From Frankiales bacterium (GTDB lineage: Bacteria; Actinomycetota; Actinomycetes; JAWWOW01), in contig JAWWOW010000025.1 of the NCBI GenBank assembly GCA_033851265.1, positions 79,386 through 143,385 on the forward strand: DNA of 64,000 bases, given 5' to 3'. Within the stretch, counting starts at the first letter, position 1; every line of letters begins with the position of its first letter. This document shows positions 1 through 9,726 of the stretch, one piece after another. The translations under genes and the position numbers were made by a program. Under the pieces are notes generated by a model. That model worked only from the letters and a program-made list of their open reading frames with translations. It ran no database searches and had not been told where the DNA came from.

Positions 1-1
1 G

Positions 2-181
<180 letters not shown>

Positions 182-185
182 CTCC

Positions 186-614
186 CTAGACGACGACCAG
201 CTCGACGTCGACGTTGCCGCGGGTGGCATTGGAGTACGGGCAGACCTGGTGCGCTTCTTCGATCAGCTTCTCTGCGGACGCGCGGTCGGTTGCGTTCGGG
301 ATGGCCACCTCCAGCGTGACCGCAAGTCCGAACCCTTGATCCTGTACGCCGATCCCGACTGCCGCTGTGACCGTCGAGCCTTCGGTGTCGACACCCAGGT
401 TGCGGGCGACGAGCTTCATGGCGCTGTGAAAGCACGCCGCGTAGCCGGCAGCGAACAGCTGCTCCGGGTTGGTGAGATCGCCACCCGGGCCACCCATCTC
501 CTTCGGCACGGCCAGGTTGAAGTCCAGGACATCGTCGTCACTCGTGACACTGCCATTGCGGCCGTCGCCGTACGCCGTCGCGCGTGCTGTGTAGAGAACC
601 TCAGTTGCCGGCAC
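186..614 (-). CDS. ohr: Organic hydroperoxide resistance protein Ohr (OsmC/Ohr family peroxiredoxin)
   Basis: The ORF 186..692 contains VLYTARATAYGDGRNG...NPEQLFAAGYAACF, which are hallmark Ohr/OsmC motifs including the active Cys. A likely GTG start at 614 follows a GAGGGAGAG RBS and gives ~142 aa; the longer ATG at 692 is the alternative. Confidence 0.8.
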   Translation of the reverse strand: MPATEVLYTARATAYGDGRNGSVTSDDDVLDFNLAVPKEMGGPGGDLTNPEQLFAAGYAACFHSAMKLVARNLGVDTEGSTVTAAVGIGVQDQGFGLAVTLEVAIPNATDRASAEKLIEEAHQVCPYSNATRGNVDVELVVV

Positions 615-799
615 GATCTCTCCCTCGGTCGAGTCCTCGGTTATCTTGCTGGGCGGGCCTGCGCGAGCGCTACTGACCTCCCTGCCGAGCATGGTTCACG
701 GGCGGAATCGGGCGCACTCGGCCGAATTTCCTCGATCCGGCTGACAACGGGCGGCCACGCGGGGAGCATCGTCATGACGATGGTCGGGGAGGGGGGCTT

Positions 800-3700
800 G
801 TGCTCGACGCCTCCGCTGTCGCGCGCGAACAACGCTTGCTCGCGCCGTACGTCTCCGAACTCGCCCTCGACTGGGCGCGCGAGACCCCCGAGCTCCGCTT
901 CCGCGAGGTCCCCGGCACGCTTGTCTTCGCCGACATCTCCGGCTTCACCCGGCTGACCGAGCGGCTGGCCAAGAAAGGCCGTTTTGGCGCCGAGGAGATG
1001 TCAGACATCCTCGACGTCGTTCTCAGTCAGCTCCTCGACGCGGCCTACTCCTACGGCGGCTGGTTGGTGAAGTGGGGCGGCGACGCCCTCCTGCTGATCT
1101 TCGAGGGCGATGGCGATGCTCAGCGCGCCTGCGCGGCGTCGGTCGAGATGCACAAGGTCATGAGCGAGATCGGTCACTTGCAGACAACGGCCGGCAGAGT
1201 CCGGCTCCGCATGTCCGTGGGTGTGCACACCGGTGTCACCGATTTCGTGTTCGCCGGACGTCGGCATCGTGAGTTGCTCGTCACCGGGGACGCGGCATCG
1301 GTAACTGCCGATATGGAGGCGACCGCGGATGCCGGCGAGGTCGTCATCAGCTCGGCCACTGCTGCGCGCTTGCCCACCGCGTGCAAAGGCGCGGCCAAGG
1401 GCGCTGGATTCCTGCTCGCGACCCGGCCCGATGTCGCTGCCACCGGGCACCGACCGCCGATCGAGCTCACGACGCCACTGCGTGACCTGCTCACCGAGCA
1501 GGTCACCGGGCACCTGACAGCGGGTGGCGGCAGCGGTGAGCACCGGCAAGTCGCCGTGGCCTTCGTCGAGTTCCGTGGTGTCGGCGCGTTGCGCAGTGCC
1601 CAAGGCCCTGCCGTCGTGGTGCAGGCCATTGAACGACTCGTCGACGTTACGCAGGAGGCGGCACACCGCTATGGCGTGACGTTCCACGAGACCGACATCG
1701 GTCCGGACGGCGGCAAGATCATGCTCGTCGCCGGGGCGCCCAAGGCTCTCGACAACCATGCCGAAGCGATGCTCTGCACGGTTCGCGAGATCGTCGATGA
1801 CGACTCTCCGCTGGCGGTGCGCGCCGGGGTTACCACGGGACGCGTCTTCACCGGTGGCGTTGGCCCGGCGTACCGCCGGTCCTACTCCGTCAAGGGCGAC
1901 GTCGTGAACATGGCCGCGCGCGTCATGGGCAAGTCGAAGCCCGGCCAGGTCTGGGCGATCGACGCAGTCGTGCCGCATTCGCGGACACAGTTCGAGCTCG
2001 AGGCGTTGCCGCCATTCATGGTCAAGGGCAAGACCCAGCCGATCACGGCGTACGCCGTCGGTCAGCCTGTCGGCCGCGGATCGGAGGATGTCGAGCTGAC
2101 CCTGGTCGGCCGGGACCGCGAGCTGCAAACCCTGCGTACCGCAGTCGCGCATGTCCGGCAGGGCCGCGGGCAGGTCGTGGAGCTTGTCGCGGACGCCGGC
2201 ATGGGCAAGACCCGGCTGCTCGCCGAGTGTCGCCGCATCGCGCACGACATGCATGCAGTCACTGTGAGCGGTGAGCCGTTCCGGACGGCAACGCCGTACG
2301 CCGTCCTCCGTGCATTGCTGACCGAGACGTTGGGGCTCGGCGAGGCGGCGCCCGAGGTCATCGGTCGGCGTCTCGTGGCCTGGTGCGCTGCCGTTGCCCC
2401 GCAGCTCGAGCCCTGGCTTCCGGTGCTGGGCCCGGCCCTCGATGTGCGGCTGCCGGAGACCGCTGCGACCCGCGATCTGGACGAGCAGTTCCGCAAGACC
2501 AAACTCGAGGAGACGGTGGCCGAGGCACTGGCCGCAGCGCTGCCGAACCCGACCGTCCTGCTCATCGACGACGCCCACTATGCCGACGACTCCTCCCTCG
2601 ACGCGCTGCGTCACGTCGCTCAGGTGATCACCGAGCGACCATGGCTGCTGGTTCTCGCTCGGCGTACGGACTCCACGCGCGACGCGCTCGTCGGCGACGC
2701 GGCTCATGAGCTCGTGCTGGGTGACCTCGACGACGCGGACGCACGCGCGCTGGTCGAGGACGAAACCGAGGACGCGCCGCTCTCGCCCCATGTGACCGAC
2801 CTCGTCGTCAAACGAGGAGCGGGCAACCCGCTGTTCCTCCGTCGACTGGCTGACGCCGCACACGGCGCAGCGACGGCGGATGAGCTCCCTGACTCGGTCG
2901 AGAACCTGGTGGACGCGCAGATCGACCGGTTGCCACCACGGGACCGCGACGTGCTGCGTGCCGCCGCTGTTGTCGGTAAGACCGTCGGCATCGATCTGCT
3001 GGACCGTCTGCTGGCGGCCGATAGCGGCGCGACCGCGAGCAACTCCGCGCGGTTGGAAGATTTCCTTGACCGTGACGGGTCTGTCCTCACGTTCCGGCAG
3101 GCGGTCATCCAGCAGGCGGCCTACCAGGGCATGCCCTATCGGCGACGTGCCGTGCTGCACGCGCGGTTGGCCGAGCTGCTCGACGCCGAGACCAACGATC
3201 AGGACGAGGACAACTCGGTCCTGTCGTTCCACTACTTCCACGCCGGCGGGTACGCACGGGCGCTCCATCACGCCAAGCGCGCTGCAGAGGGAGCATCCGC
3301 CGCGTATGCCAACGTCGAGGCCGTCGCGCTGTACGAGCGCGCGATTGCCGCCAGCCGACACCTCGACACCAGTTCGAAGAGTGAGGTGGCCGAGCTCCGC
3401 GAGTGCCTCGGCGACATGCACGCGCGACTCGGTGAGTTCGAGGCCGCTGATGCGGCGTACGCCGCGGCCCGCCGCCTGCTCAAAGGCGACGCTGTCGCGG
3501 TCGGCCGGCTGACCCTGAAGTCCGCTCGCAACGCCGAGCATCTCGGCCGGTGGTCGCTGGCTCTCAGCCGACTGAAGCGTGCGGAGGCCATCGCCTCGGC
3601 CGTGACCGGTCCGGACCACGACGACCTGCGCCTGCGGGCCTTGGTACGGCGAGCATTCGTCCGGTTCCAGCAGGGCCGGCTGACCGATGCCCACGCCGCG

Positions 3701-4666
3701 GCCACGGCGGCGCTCGCCCAGGCCGAGTCCCATGCCGGTCCGGCGCTGACGGCCGACGCGCTCCGGCTCCTCGACGCGGCGGAGGTCAACCTCGGATTGG
3801 TCACTGCCCCCGACGCCGCCCAACGTGCGCTGGCGCTCTATGAAGAGGTCGGCGACTTGTCGGGACAGGCGAGGGTGCTGAACCAGCTTGGATACCGGGC
3901 GTATTTCGACGGCCGGTGGGGCGTTGCGTGTGACTGCTATGAGCGGGCGCGGCAACTCGTCGAGCGCACCGGCGACAGCTGGAACGCGGCGGTCGCCGCG
4001 GGGAACATCGCCGAGATCTACGTCGACCAGGGTCGGCTCGACGAAGCCGAACCCATGCTGCGGTCCGCCCTGCGTGTCTGGCGGGCAGCGCAAGCCCGCG
4101 ACCAAGCGGCGTTCGGCGACTGCCTGCTCGGCCGGCTGCTGGCTCGGCAGGGCCGCTACGACGAGGGTCGGGCCTTGATCGCGCGCGCACACGCGGAGTT
4201 CGTCGAACTCGGTGCGCAATCAGCCGTCATCGATGCAGAGACCTACGCCGCGGAGGCTCTGCTCCTCGCCGGAGACCACGTTGCCGCCTTGGCTGCGGCG
4301 CGCGTGACTCTGTCGAAGGCGCAGTCGTTGTCCGAGCTGCCCACGCAGGCTCCGCTCCTTCTTCGCACCATTGCAGCGGCGTTGGACGCTGCCGGGGACC
4401 ACGATGCCGCGGCCGGCGCGTACGCCGAGGCCATCGTCGCCGCGCGACAACGTGAGGCTGCGCATGAGGTGGCGTTTACCGTCGCCGCCCTTATCCGGCG
4501 CGCCCGCGAATTGCACGAGCCGGTTGACCCGACGTGGGTCGCTGAGGCGCAGCAGCTCCATCGGGAGCTCGGCGTTGTTCTCGACCTGGCGGCGCTGGAG
4601 GCAAGCACACCTGATCTCGTTCAGATCGTGCCGAGTCCGCGTGCCGAAACGATCAGAACTCGTTGA
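800..4666 (+). CDS. Large signalling protein: two tandem class III nucleotidyl cyclase domains, a STAND/AAA ATPase and C-terminal TPR-like repeats
   Basis: The GTG start is preceded by a GGGAGGGGGG RBS. The first cyclase domain carries the metal-binding motif FADISGFT. A second cyclase-like domain (VAFVEFRG...GVTTGRVFTGGVG...YSVKGDVVNMAARV) is partly degenerate. Walker A is AGMGKTRLL and Walker B is LLIDDAHY. The C-terminal ~500 aa are Ala/Leu-rich helical repeats. The architecture resembles mycobacterial cyclase-ATPase regulators but lacks the LuxR HTH. Confidence 0.85.
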   Translation: MLDASAVAREQRLLAPYVSELALDWARETPELRFREVPGTLVFADISGFTRLTERLAKKGRFGAEEMSDILDVVLSQLLDAAYSYGGWLVKWGGDALLLIFEGDGDAQRACAASVEMHKVMSEIGHLQTTAGRVRLRMSVGVHTGVTDFVFAGRRHRELLVTGDAASVTADMEATADAGEVVISSATAARLPTACKGAAKGAGFLLATRPDVAATGHRPPIELTTPLRDLLTEQVTGHLTAGGGSGEHRQVAVAFVEFRGVGALRSAQGPAVVVQAIERLVDVTQEAAHRYGVTFHETDIGPDGGKIMLVAGAPKALDNHAEAMLCTVREIVDDDSPLAVRAGVTTGRVFTGGVGPAYRRSYSVKGDVVNMAARVMGKSKPGQVWAIDAVVPHSRTQFELEALPPFMVKGKTQPITAYAVGQPVGRGSEDVELTLVGRDRELQTLRTAVAHVRQGRGQVVELVADAGMGKTRLLAECRRIAHDMHAVTVSGEPFRTATPYAVLRALLTETLGLGEAAPEVIGRRLVAWCAAVAPQLEPWLPVLGPALDVRLPETAATRDLDEQFRKTKLEETVAEALAAALPNPTVLLIDDAHYADDSSLDALRHVAQVITERPWLLVLARRTDSTRDALVGDAAHELVLGDLDDADARALVEDETEDAPLSPHVTDLVVKRGAGNPLFLRRLADAAHGAATADELPDSVENLVDAQIDRLPPRDRDVLRAAAVVGKTVGIDLLDRLLAADSGATASNSARLEDFLDRDGSVLTFRQAVIQQAAYQGMPYRRRAVLHARLAELLDAETNDQDEDNSVLSFHYFHAGGYARALHHAKRAAEGASAAYANVEAVALYERAIAASRHLDTSSKSEVAELRECLGDMHARLGEFEAADAAYAAARRLLKGDAVAVGRLTLKSARNAEHLGRWSLALSRLKRAEAIASAVTGPDHDDLRLRALVRRAFVRFQQGRLTDAHAAATAALAQAESHAGPALTADALRLLDAAEVNLGLVTAPDAAQRALALYEEVGDLSGQARVLNQLGYRAYFDGRWGVACDCYERARQLVERTGDSWNAAVAAGNIAEIYVDQGRLDEAEPMLRSALRVWRAAQARDQAAFGDCLLGRLLARQGRYDEGRALIARAHAEFVELGAQSAVIDAETYAAEALLLAGDHVAALAAARVTLSKAQSLSELPTQAPLLLRTIAAALDAAGDHDAAAGAYAEAIVAARQREAAHEVAFTVAALIRRARELHEPVDPTWVAEAQQLHRELGVVLDLAALEASTPDLVQIVPSPRAETIRTR

Positions 4667-4672
4667 GCAGCT

Positions 4673-5146
4673 TCACGTGGTGGCCAGTTCGGCTAGGTGC
4701 GCCAGCGAGTTGCCGAGATGGTCAGGACGGAACGGGGGAAACTGGAGGTACTCGCGGATGGAGTCCGGGACCGCCGACCAGTCGTAGGTAAGAGTGACTT
4801 TCGTCGTGTGCGGCCCGGCTGGCTCGAGGTCGTAGCGCCAGATCCAGCCGCCGGAGCGCAGGCTGCCGTCGTCGGTGTAGTGGAGCGGCTCCCAGGAGAT
4901 GGCGCTGGGCGGGTCGAAAACCTGCACCCTGTTGGCCATCTGGTAACCCCCGTCCGGGTGGTTCTCGTGGTACATGGCCACGCGGAAAATCTGCCTGGCC
5001 GCGGTCAACGGCTGGCTGTCGAGAGGTTCGCGGACCCGGCCGGTGCCGTCGATCGCGGCGTGCTTGGCTGGGTCGGCAAGTACTCCGAAGATGACGTCCG
5101 CCGGGGCTTCAATCATGGTGGTGGCGCTGACGCTTTCGTCTGCCAT
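4673..5146 (-). CDS. SRPBCC (polyketide cyclase/dehydrase-like, START/Bet v1 fold) family protein
   Basis: The protein starting MADESVSATTMIEAPADVIFGVLADPAKH is typical of SRPBCC proteins. The Arg/Cys-rich N-terminal extension of the maximal ORF (to 5254) was judged non-coding. Confidence 0.6.
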   Translation of the reverse strand: MADESVSATTMIEAPADVIFGVLADPAKHAAIDGTGRVREPLDSQPLTAARQIFRVAMYHENHPDGGYQMANRVQVFDPPSAISWEPLHYTDDGSLRSGGWIWRYDLEPAGPHTTKVTLTYDWSAVPDSIREYLQFPPFRPDHLGNSLAHLAELATT

Positions 5147-5153
5147 GTCGTCC

Positions 5154-5507
5154 CTAAGCGCGTTTGCCTGACAGCACACAGAACTCGTTGCCTTCGGGAT
5201 CTGCGAGCACGACCCAGGACTGCTGTCCTTGACCGACGTCCGCATGCCGAGCACCGAGGCCCAGGAGGCGCGCGACTTCGGCCTGCTGGTCGTCAGGCCG
5301 AAAGTCCAAGTGGAGTCGGTTCTTGCCGCCCTTCGCCGCTCCGACTGGTTCGAACATCAGTCCGGGCAGCCGATCCGCCGTGGGCCGTATCTCGAACTCA
5401 TCGGGCGCGTCATTCAGCACGACCCAGCCGAGCGCGTTCGCCCACCACCGGCCCAACATCACCGGGTCCGCGGCGTCCACGACGACTTGCTCCCATTCCA
5501 TGCCCAT
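5154..5507 (-). CDS. VOC family (glyoxalase/bleomycin-resistance-like) protein
   Basis: A 117 aa ORF with ...RLHLDFRPDD...VVLADPEGNEFCVL, which is the VOC fold signature. Confidence 0.6.
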   Translation of the reverse strand: MGMEWEQVVVDAADPVMLGRWWANALGWVVLNDAPDEFEIRPTADRLPGLMFEPVGAAKGGKNRLHLDFRPDDQQAEVARLLGLGARHADVGQGQQSWVVLADPEGNEFCVLSGKRA

Positions 5508-5561
5508 CCTGGAAATCTACGGCCACCATTGCCTCTGGCGCTCTAGCAACCAAGAGATCGG

Positions 5562-7526
5562 TTAGAGCATGATCCGCGGGTCAGCGGCGCCGGTCCAGAT
5601 GGCGATGAACTCGTCTTTGCCCTTGCTCCACGAGATCTGGACGATGCACGGCCCGGGGTCCTTCTCATGGCACAGGTGCAGGTAGCCCTCGTACCAGTTG
5701 TTGTTGTCAGGGTTTTGTTGGGCTTGCCGGCCGCGCGCCGCCTCGAACGGCTTCGGTGAGCTGAAGCAGATCGCGAAGCGGGCTCGGTTAGGCACAAATG
5801 ACTTGTCGATCTGCATCCTGACCACCTTCGGCTTGTTGCCGGTGACGGTCAGGATCTCCGTGTAGGTGACGTTGGGGTTGTCGCAGCCGAGCAGGGGTGC
5901 GATTCCATCCCCGCCGAATGTCGCCGTGATGATGTCACCGGTCTTGCCCTTGGCCGTGGCAGCGGCATTGTCGGTGGGTGGCGGCGTGATCGTGCAATCG
6001 TCGGACGTGCAGCTCTTTGCCACCTCAGCCACGGTGAAGGGATTCGAGACAGCGGGGAAGTGAGTGCCCGTCCCGGTCGCTCTCAGGCTGTAGTCGAAGC
6101 CCGCCGTGTTGATGACGATCGGCGTGAACGACGCGATGCCCTGCGCGTTGGCTGTCGCAGTCATCGTGTCCTTCGGCACGCCGTTGACGACGAACTTCGC
6201 GCCGGCCGGCGCATCCTGGAACGCGAGCGTCACCTGCTTGCCGGCAAGCGTCGTGTTCGGGGTGGTCGAGGTGGCGTCGGGGAACGAGCGGACGCGGAGC
6301 ACGCGGTTCGTCGTAGCCCCGGGGTCCTTCATGGACGCATTGACCGCGGTGTCGAGCGGGCCGACGGTGAATCGCAGCTCCGGCGCCGAGATGTCGCGCA
6401 CCGTCAGGTCGCTGACCTCATGGACCTCGCCCGCGCTCCCCGTCCCGGCAGTGAAACCGAAGACGAGTTGCTGCGGGATCCCCGTGGTCGAGTTGAGCCA
6501 CGCGCTCGGGATGGCACCGCCTTGCAGCACCGGGCCGCCGGAGGTTCCCGGCAAGGGCTGGACCATCTCCTGCGGGGGGCCGTCGAGCGGGTCGTAGCTG
6601 ACGACGAGCGATCGAGCGGGGACCTGGATGCCCTCGGAGGTCGTGATCACGGTGTTGCGCGGGTTGACCACGACGACAACAGGAACCGCGGGATAGGGGC
6701 CCGTCGCGGGTGCTTCGGCACCCGGCGGCCTGGCTTCCCTGGTCGCTGATCCGAAGAAGGGGGCGTCGAGGACTCCCTCCGGCGCGGCGGCCGCCAGCGT
6801 CTCGCTTGGCGCGGACAGCGTCTGTGCCTGGAGCAGGCAGTAGCCGGTGCCCTGGTTGCCCGGGCCGCGGATCACGACGGACTGCGGAGCGAACGCATGG
6901 TCTTCGATGCACTGTGCACCGGATGCGAGAGGGGTGGCGAAGTTCCCGTAGACGTCCAAGCCGACACCGAGATAGGCGTGCGGGACGCCGGGCACGGCGG
7001 GAGATTCACCATCGGCAGCGATGCCGCTGTAACCGAGGCTTCCGCCTCCGGGGCCGATGTTGTCGAGCGGCAGCGGTCCCTCGTTGGTGGGGTCGACAGC
7101 GGCGAGGAAGAACGCGATGCCATCACCGGCTGAGCCGAACGCGTTGAACTGATAGCTGTTGAACGCGAACTCGAGTGGCTTAATCGTCGACACCGGCACG
7201 CTGTACGCGACGCCGCCCGACTGAGTCAGCCCGTTGTCGGTGAGTTGGAGTCCTGGCACAGCCGAGCTCGACTCGCACGCCGGTATCGGTGTGCTGTCGA
7301 CACCTTCGGTGAGGCAGGCAGGGTTGGACCCGCCGTCGGGCGTCGGGGGCACAGTCCAGTTGTCATCGGTCCCGTACGACGTGAAGGTCTCACCGAACGG
7401 CAGCGTCAGCGCCGTAGTCGCGTGCGCCGCCGATGTCGCCAGACCGAGCGACAGCGGGAGCAAAGCCCCGGTCATCGCAGCGGCGCTGAGCATGCGGACA
7501 ACTACACGTGTTCTGCCTCTGGCCAT
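5562..7526 (-). CDS. Secreted protein with a legume-type (L-type) lectin domain and a C-terminal Ig-like/unknown region
   Basis: There is a signal peptide (MARGRTRVVVRMLSAAAMTGALLPLSLGLATSAAHA). The motifs SAGDGIAFFLAAVDP and GGGSLGYSG match the legume-lectin beta-chain signatures (ADGLAFFLAP / GGYLGL). Confidence 0.6.
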   Translation of the reverse strand: MARGRTRVVVRMLSAAAMTGALLPLSLGLATSAAHATTALTLPFGETFTSYGTDDNWTVPPTPDGGSNPACLTEGVDSTPIPACESSSAVPGLQLTDNGLTQSGGVAYSVPVSTIKPLEFAFNSYQFNAFGSAGDGIAFFLAAVDPTNEGPLPLDNIGPGGGSLGYSGIAADGESPAVPGVPHAYLGVGLDVYGNFATPLASGAQCIEDHAFAPQSVVIRGPGNQGTGYCLLQAQTLSAPSETLAAAAPEGVLDAPFFGSATREARPPGAEAPATGPYPAVPVVVVVNPRNTVITTSEGIQVPARSLVVSYDPLDGPPQEMVQPLPGTSGGPVLQGGAIPSAWLNSTTGIPQQLVFGFTAGTGSAGEVHEVSDLTVRDISAPELRFTVGPLDTAVNASMKDPGATTNRVLRVRSFPDATSTTPNTTLAGKQVTLAFQDAPAGAKFVVNGVPKDTMTATANAQGIASFTPIVINTAGFDYSLRATGTGTHFPAVSNPFTVAEVAKSCTSDDCTITPPPTDNAAATAKGKTGDIITATFGGDGIAPLLGCDNPNVTYTEILTVTGNKPKVVRMQIDKSFVPNRARFAICFSSPKPFEAARGRQAQQNPDNNNWYEGYLHLCHEKDPGPCIVQISWSKGKDEFIAIWTGAADPRIML

Positions 7527-7644
7527 GATTCGGACCCTAGACCGCAACGGCGCCGCTATCAGGGCTTTTGCCAACTCTGTAACGCGCACGACATGAGTCC
7601 GTTTTGCAGACTTCGTGCCGCCTGGGATGAGGGGGTCGGCAGGC

Positions 7645-8652
7645 TCAGCCGAAGGCGATCTCGGCCTCTGCCCAGCGCTCACGGTCGCCGTAGCCCATCG
7701 ACGCGTTCACCGCGAGCATCGAGTCGTTTGTAACGGCGTTCCACGTGCTGAGCAGATGCAGTTCGGGGAACTCCTGCTGCAACCAGAGCGCCATCTCCGT
7801 CTTGACCAGCTTGGCCAGCTTCTTGCCGCGGTAGGCCGACAACACCCCGGTGTCGTGCTGTTCGCCGACCTCGGGCCAGGTGTCCGCGATCTGCACCTGT
7901 GTCAGCGCAACGAGTTCGTGGGCAGTGTCATCGGCAATACAAACGGTGTACTCCGTGAGCTGCTTTGCGCGCAGATCCGCTTCGGAGCGACGCATTCGCT
8001 CCGGGTCCCAGGTGTCGTCGTTCCAGCGCACCTCACCGCCTTGTGGCGCGGTGTTCATCACCTCGGAGAGCCGGCAGAACGAGTCGAGCCATTCCTCCGG
8101 ACAGCCGTCCGACCAGCGGACGACGGAGAAGCCGGGAACCTCGAACGGGGTGACCGTCGCCTCCGGCAGGACCAGCCGACTTCGGAACTCGTCGAGTCCG
8201 AACTTCGCGCCCATCGCCGTCACGAAGTCCAGGCCGGCGGTGTCATGGCGGGCGCCACCGAGCATGCCGGTGCGATTGTCAGCACGTCCTGCCTCGGCTA
8301 CCGCATCCACCAGCGCACGGCCAACACCATGGCGACGCGCGTCCGGGTGGACGTAGACGTCGGCCATGATCCGGTGCGCGTTGGCACCGTCCCACCACCA
8401 GGTTTCCGCCGCGCCGAGCGCGCGTTCGCGATCGTCGTCCCATGCGACGAATACGCGATAGGGCTTAGTCGTGCCCGGGTTCCGAACGCGCTGCGTGTGA
8501 TAGGCCAGCGGAGGGTGCGGTTCATCCGGCCACAATTCGCGGTACGCCGCGACCGCACACTCGTGCCAGGCGGCGACCTCTGCATCAGTCGCCGTCACAG
8601 CGTCGAGCACATCAACCTTCACGAGGGTCTGTTCTAACCCGTCGGAGGGCAT
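7645..8652 (-). CDS. Two-domain GNAT family N-acetyltransferase
   Basis: The 335 aa ORF holds two acetyl-CoA-binding GNAT cores (RRHGVGRALVDAV... and ...YRGKKLAKLV). Its ATG overlaps the stop of the upstream small ORF as ATGA. Confidence 0.7.
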   Translation of the reverse strand: MPSDGLEQTLVKVDVLDAVTATDAEVAAWHECAVAAYRELWPDEPHPPLAYHTQRVRNPGTTKPYRVFVAWDDDRERALGAAETWWWDGANAHRIMADVYVHPDARRHGVGRALVDAVAEAGRADNRTGMLGGARHDTAGLDFVTAMGAKFGLDEFRSRLVLPEATVTPFEVPGFSVVRWSDGCPEEWLDSFCRLSEVMNTAPQGGEVRWNDDTWDPERMRRSEADLRAKQLTEYTVCIADDTAHELVALTQVQIADTWPEVGEQHDTGVLSAYRGKKLAKLVKTEMALWLQQEFPELHLLSTWNAVTNDSMLAVNASMGYGDRERWAEAEIAFG

Positions 8653-8957
8653 CAGCGCGACCCGATTTCCTCACCCTCCCGCGTGATCCGCTCGACGAGC
8701 TCGGCAACCGCGCCGCTCACGTCCACGCCACGGAAGCTGGCTCGCCGCCCATCCACGGACAAGACATAGACATAGTCGGGATGGGAGCCGCCGAAGGGGT
8801 TGCCAAGCAGGAGCCGAGCAATTCCCAGCCCTGGGGCACGGAAGCGCAGCCTGGATCGGTCGATGAGCGCCCGCCAGTCGCCCTCGTCGGCGGGCTCGAG
8901 CTGCCAGCGAAGCGTGTTTCCGGTGAAACCACCGGACCGCTTCAACTCGAGTCGCAT
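8652..8957 (-). CDS. Small conserved hypothetical protein, possibly emfourin-like (metalloprotease-inhibitor family)
   Basis: A 101 aa ORF beginning MRLELKRSGGFTGNTLRWQL. The [KR]SGGFxG N-terminus recalls the emfourin/protealysin-inhibitor family. It is translationally coupled to the GNAT gene. Confidence 0.4.
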   Translation of the reverse strand: MRLELKRSGGFTGNTLRWQLEPADEGDWRALIDRSRLRFRAPGLGIARLLLGNPFGGSHPDYVYVLSVDGRRASFRGVDVSGAVAELVERITREGEEIGSR

Positions 8958-8994
8958 CCACCAACTCTGTCAGCCGGCGGGAGACAATAGGGAG

Positions 8995-9726
8995 GTGAGC
9001 CTCTACCGAGACGAAGGTGTCGTTCTGCGCACCCAAAAGCTCGGCGAGGCGGACCGGATCGTGACACTGCTGACCCGCCGTCATGGTCGGGTGCGGGCGG
9101 TCGCCAAGGGTGTCCGGCGTACGTCGTCGAAGTTCGGTTCGCGGCTGGAGCCGTTCACTCATGTCGACTGCCAGTTCTACGCCGGCCGCGAGCTCGACAT
9201 CGTCACCCAGGCCGAGACCGTCAATGCGTACGGCGGTCACATCGTCGACGACTACCCGAGCTACACCGCAGCGACCGCGATCCTCGAGACCGCCGAACGG
9301 TTGACGAGCGAGGAGCGGGAGCCGTCGCTGCGGCTCTACTTATTGGTTGTCGGAGCGATCCGGTCGATAGCCGAACGGGCGCATGCGCCCAGTCTCGTCC
9401 TCGACGCGTTCGTGCTGCGCGCGCTTGCGGTGATGGGCTGGGAGACATCGTTGGATGCGTGCGCGCGTTGCGGCACCCCGGGTCCGCATCGGTGGTTCTC
9501 GCCGGCAGGTGGTGGGCTGATCTGTGGCGACTGTCGGATCCCGGGCTCGTCAACCGTGACACCTGAAGCGGCCGCGTTGCTCGCCGCATTGGCGAGCGGT
9601 GACTGGCTCGTTGCCGACGCGAGTGATGACCGGGCGCGACGCAACGCATCCGGGCTCGTCACGGCGTATCTGCACTGGCACATCGAGCGGAGTCTTCGTT
9701 CCATGCACCTGGTCGAGAGGGCGTGA
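8995..9726 (+). CDS. recO: DNA repair protein RecO
   Basis: [42 protein letters not shown]...[25 protein letters not shown] shows the RecO OB-fold plus zinc finger. A GTG start at 8995 follows GGGAGG. Confidence 0.85.
   Translation: MSLYRDEGVVLRTQKLGEADRIVTLLTRRHGRVRAVAKGVRRTSSKFGSRLEPFTHVDCQFYAGRELDIVTQAETVNAYGGHIVDDYPSYTAATAILETAERLTSEEREPSLRLYLLVVGAIRSIAERAHAPSLVLDAFVLRALAVMGWETSLDACARCGTPGPHRWFSPAGGGLICGDCRIPGSSTVTPEAAALLAALASGDWLVADASDDRARRNASGLVTAYLHWHIERSLRSMHLVERA

Noticed and set aside
1001-4219. A 1072-aa ORF antisense to the cyclase-STAND gene
   Set aside because: Arg/Gly/Pro-rich low-complexity translation with no motifs, entirely inside a well-supported gene on the other strand. 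This is a typical high-GC shadow ORF.
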